From positions 9,052,001 to 9,116,000 of the forward strand of contig NC_081331.1 of the NCBI RefSeq assembly GCF_022539665.2: 64,000 nucleotides of DNA, given 5' to 3'. This document shows, one piece after another, positions 61,261-64,000 of the stretch. The notes beneath the pieces are model-generated. The model was not told the DNA's origin, searched no databases, and saw nothing but the letters and a program-made list of their open reading frames with translations. Both the position numbers and the translations under genes were made by a program. The DNA is from Daphnia carinata. Its lineage: Eukaryota. Within the stretch, counting starts at the first letter, position 1; each line of letters begins with the position of its first letter.

Positions 61261-64000
61261 GTATGTACTCATTTCTATTAAAATGTTTTTAAATTTTTTA
61301 ATTTAAAGCAACCACGCTAAACTATATCCAAGCGATTAACAGCGCCAGCAACTGCTACGCGAGTTATCCAAATATTTGCATTGGTATGGCTGCTCTATTT
61401 TTAACTGCCAACAACATTTCAAATGTCATTGATAGCGAAGCAATGATCTCTCGGGGATTGAGTTGAATATCGTGCCCAATCACGGAATTAAGTAAGCGGA
61501 AAATGTATGTCCTTGAAAAATCAAGCAACCAACGATACTCAAGCAGAACTGTGGTCAGAATCCAATTTTTTGGAAAATATTGATGAGAACACTCAAAATT
61601 GTGTCTGCACGTGACCTACGGTTGCATTGATTTTCTTGTAGCTTTAGGAATAATAATAAAAAAATTAGATAGATAAAAAAAAGAACAGATCTGCTTCTTG
61701 TCGAATGAAATTCGTTTAGCACCCAAGTTCGTTGACGTGTGACGATCATTTATATTGGTTGTTCATGGAAAGCTAAATTATTTCTTTGGTCTGTCAGTAA
61801 TGAATTACACACTAGCGAAACAGAACATTCATCTTCTTCAAAGGCACCATAAGGGATGGTGGCGCTTCTGGCCTTGATGCCAGTAGATTTTTTTTTTATT
61901 TCGCTGCTGTTCATCAAATAGAAAATTACAGAGTTCGTCTACGTGCGCACTATAATTAAACTCATAGTAGCCTACCAGAAATTTTCGTTTATATACCCCT
62001 AACGGTTTGAGAAGTAAAAACTAGACACATTTTCATATTCCTAATGTAACCGTCCATTGATTTTATACATTTGGCTATTTAATCAAAGAGAAATATCTAA
62101 AAATATTTTTAGTGCAGAGAATTTTGTTTCTGCCTTCTTTTTTTTATATTCATTTTATCGTGCAGATGGTTTAGTGCGAAAAAAAATTTTATATTAAAAA
62201 AAAATCCGTGAACAGGGAAAGAGGTGAAGCTTTGATGGAGATAAATGGGCCCCAAAACGGAGTGCACAGACTAACTGGTGCGGTGCTGCAGGAGATTTCG
62301 CGAGAAAATTGGTCCGATCAGTGGTGTTGGAATAACTTTATTTTTATTAGTTTTATTGTTACAATTGGTGGTCTTCTGTAAGAGTACTAACGGCACAGAC
62401 AAATCGATACTTTCCCATACCAAACTGTACCGCACACCGAGAGAATTATAAGAGATCCGGAACCGAACCGCACCTTTCAGACCTGTAAAGGCGTGGTTTC
62501 GTGAATCCAACAAAAGAAAATACTCTGTTACGTTTCGTGCCGATAAAGCGCGGTGCTGAGAATGGGATAGTAGCGTAAAAGAGAGTTACATTAGTCGCTG
62601 TTTGATTCCCTTTCGGGTCATGTCGATATGGCTAAGTCCGATTGAACGACCGTAGCAATCGACTTTCGGTCCGTGGACAGGTCGATCTGATGACGGTTTG
62701 AACCAGTCCAGGTCGCATTGAACCGTTGACTTTCTTAGTTTTCTTCTATGCCCTTTAATTGTAAAACTAGCAATAATTCATTTTTGACGTTGGAAAAAAA
62801 AAATAGCAAATGTGTTCCTGTGAATCAGTTTTTCGAGTTTATTGAACATATTGGCACCGTTTTTCAAACGTCAATTACGTTTATATAAACACAAAGAGTT
62901 GTTGAACTAAAATTCAAGATTGTAAAACTGATGTTTTCTTTAAAAGGCTAGGAGCCATTTAAAATCTTTTAAAACAAGAACATGGAAGCTAAATGTTTAA
63001 TGTGGGCCAACAAGGAGCACTCTCCTTAAATATTAACAGCGAAATACAACACAGTTACCTTGTTTGCTTCAGAGATCGAGAAAAAATCTAACATTGAAAA
63101 GTAACTGAAATTCGACAAAACTCACAAAATGTTAGAGCTAAACTGAATATAGACTGATTTAGATATCGAATACCGCAATACCGATAGTGGTGCTTTAGTT
63201 TATAGTTTCAAGTTTCATATTTTCAGCTTTTCGTGAAGCATTAATAATTTCTGTTTTTAGCTTTGTTTTAACATAAACTCGACAATTTCTGGTGGGGCCA
63301 ATCTCTTTAGACACTGTGCAGGGGATCGATTTACCCAATTATTTTGCAGGGGATTAAGGAAAACAAAGGAGGTGGAGTAAGTTAGGAAACAAAAAAAAGA
63401 AAGACAGTAAAGGAGACAAGGCAATTTTTCTTTCAGCTATCCCAGGGTTAACACAAAGGCAACTTTTTGGCTGTTCAACGCAGTCAATCCGGGTCCAAAT
63501 CCATTCGGTTATCACTACAACGCGTTGGGCAACAAAACTTTTGAAATCATTCCCCAAGTTTTAGGGGTTCTTGGCTTACGTGCCTAAAAAGATAAAGGGG
63601 TAAATTGGATAGGGAGAAACAGCAAGTTTCACAAATCTCCGCCCTTTTTTCGTCAATATTTCGAGATTTGCTTTTCCTACTTCTATATAGATGACAGACT
63701 GGTATCGTTGTCTATAACGCCGACGATTTTTTGTTAAATTCGCTGCGAATATTTTACAATACTTGTTCAACAGTCAAAGGCGTTGAATGGATGGAACTGT
63801 ACGCGTATCGCTGTCATTCCGCATAGACGAATTCGTAACAAACTAATTGATCAGAATATCATCTATCAGACAAAAAGCGTTTTATAACTTTTATTTTCAA
63901 ACATTCAAAATAAGCTCTATAGTCATTTTATCGTATTTGGCCTCGCGAATGGCATCTATATTTCACCAATCAAACACTGTTAATTTAATAAGTTGTGTAT

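Noticed and set aside
61308..61385. Next SGSM exon (..LSKYLHW..)
   Set aside because: The obvious acceptor gives an in-frame stop, and the expected WIR.AL.EK motif is absent.

Overview
Eukaryotic, AT-rich DNA with very short introns; crustacean, probably Daphnia (inference). The first ~25.6 kb is a nested transposon cluster. A minus-strand Gypsy element (candidate LTR ~23470-25615, tRNA-Leu-type PBS, gag/PR/RT/IN remnants down to ~5750) appears split by a 13.5-kb Mutator-like TIR element (8256-21774, degenerate 9-bp TSD). That element has no visible transposase but carries intron-containing beta-glucuronidase gene fragments, like a Pack-MULE. Nested inside it are a young pol-less gag-PR-env Gypsy LTR element (9659-13562), three-TIR Tc1/mariner-type MITEs, a hollowed-out Copia (14890-18198) with a tRNA-derived SINE in one LTR, and another TIR element. 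Upstream lies a degraded Gypsy with a putative class III (gB/chuvirus-like) envelope ORF and a hAT MITE. The rest is host genes: ATG9 (with an intact, co-oriented I-clade LINE just upstream of its first coding exon), a CIDE-N/Drep gene, a C2H2 zinc-finger gene, LIPT1, ANAPC7, RNF5/RNF185 and the 5' part of an SGSM gene. No CRISPR array, rRNA or true tRNA was seen. All homology calls come from motif recognition by eye, not database searches.
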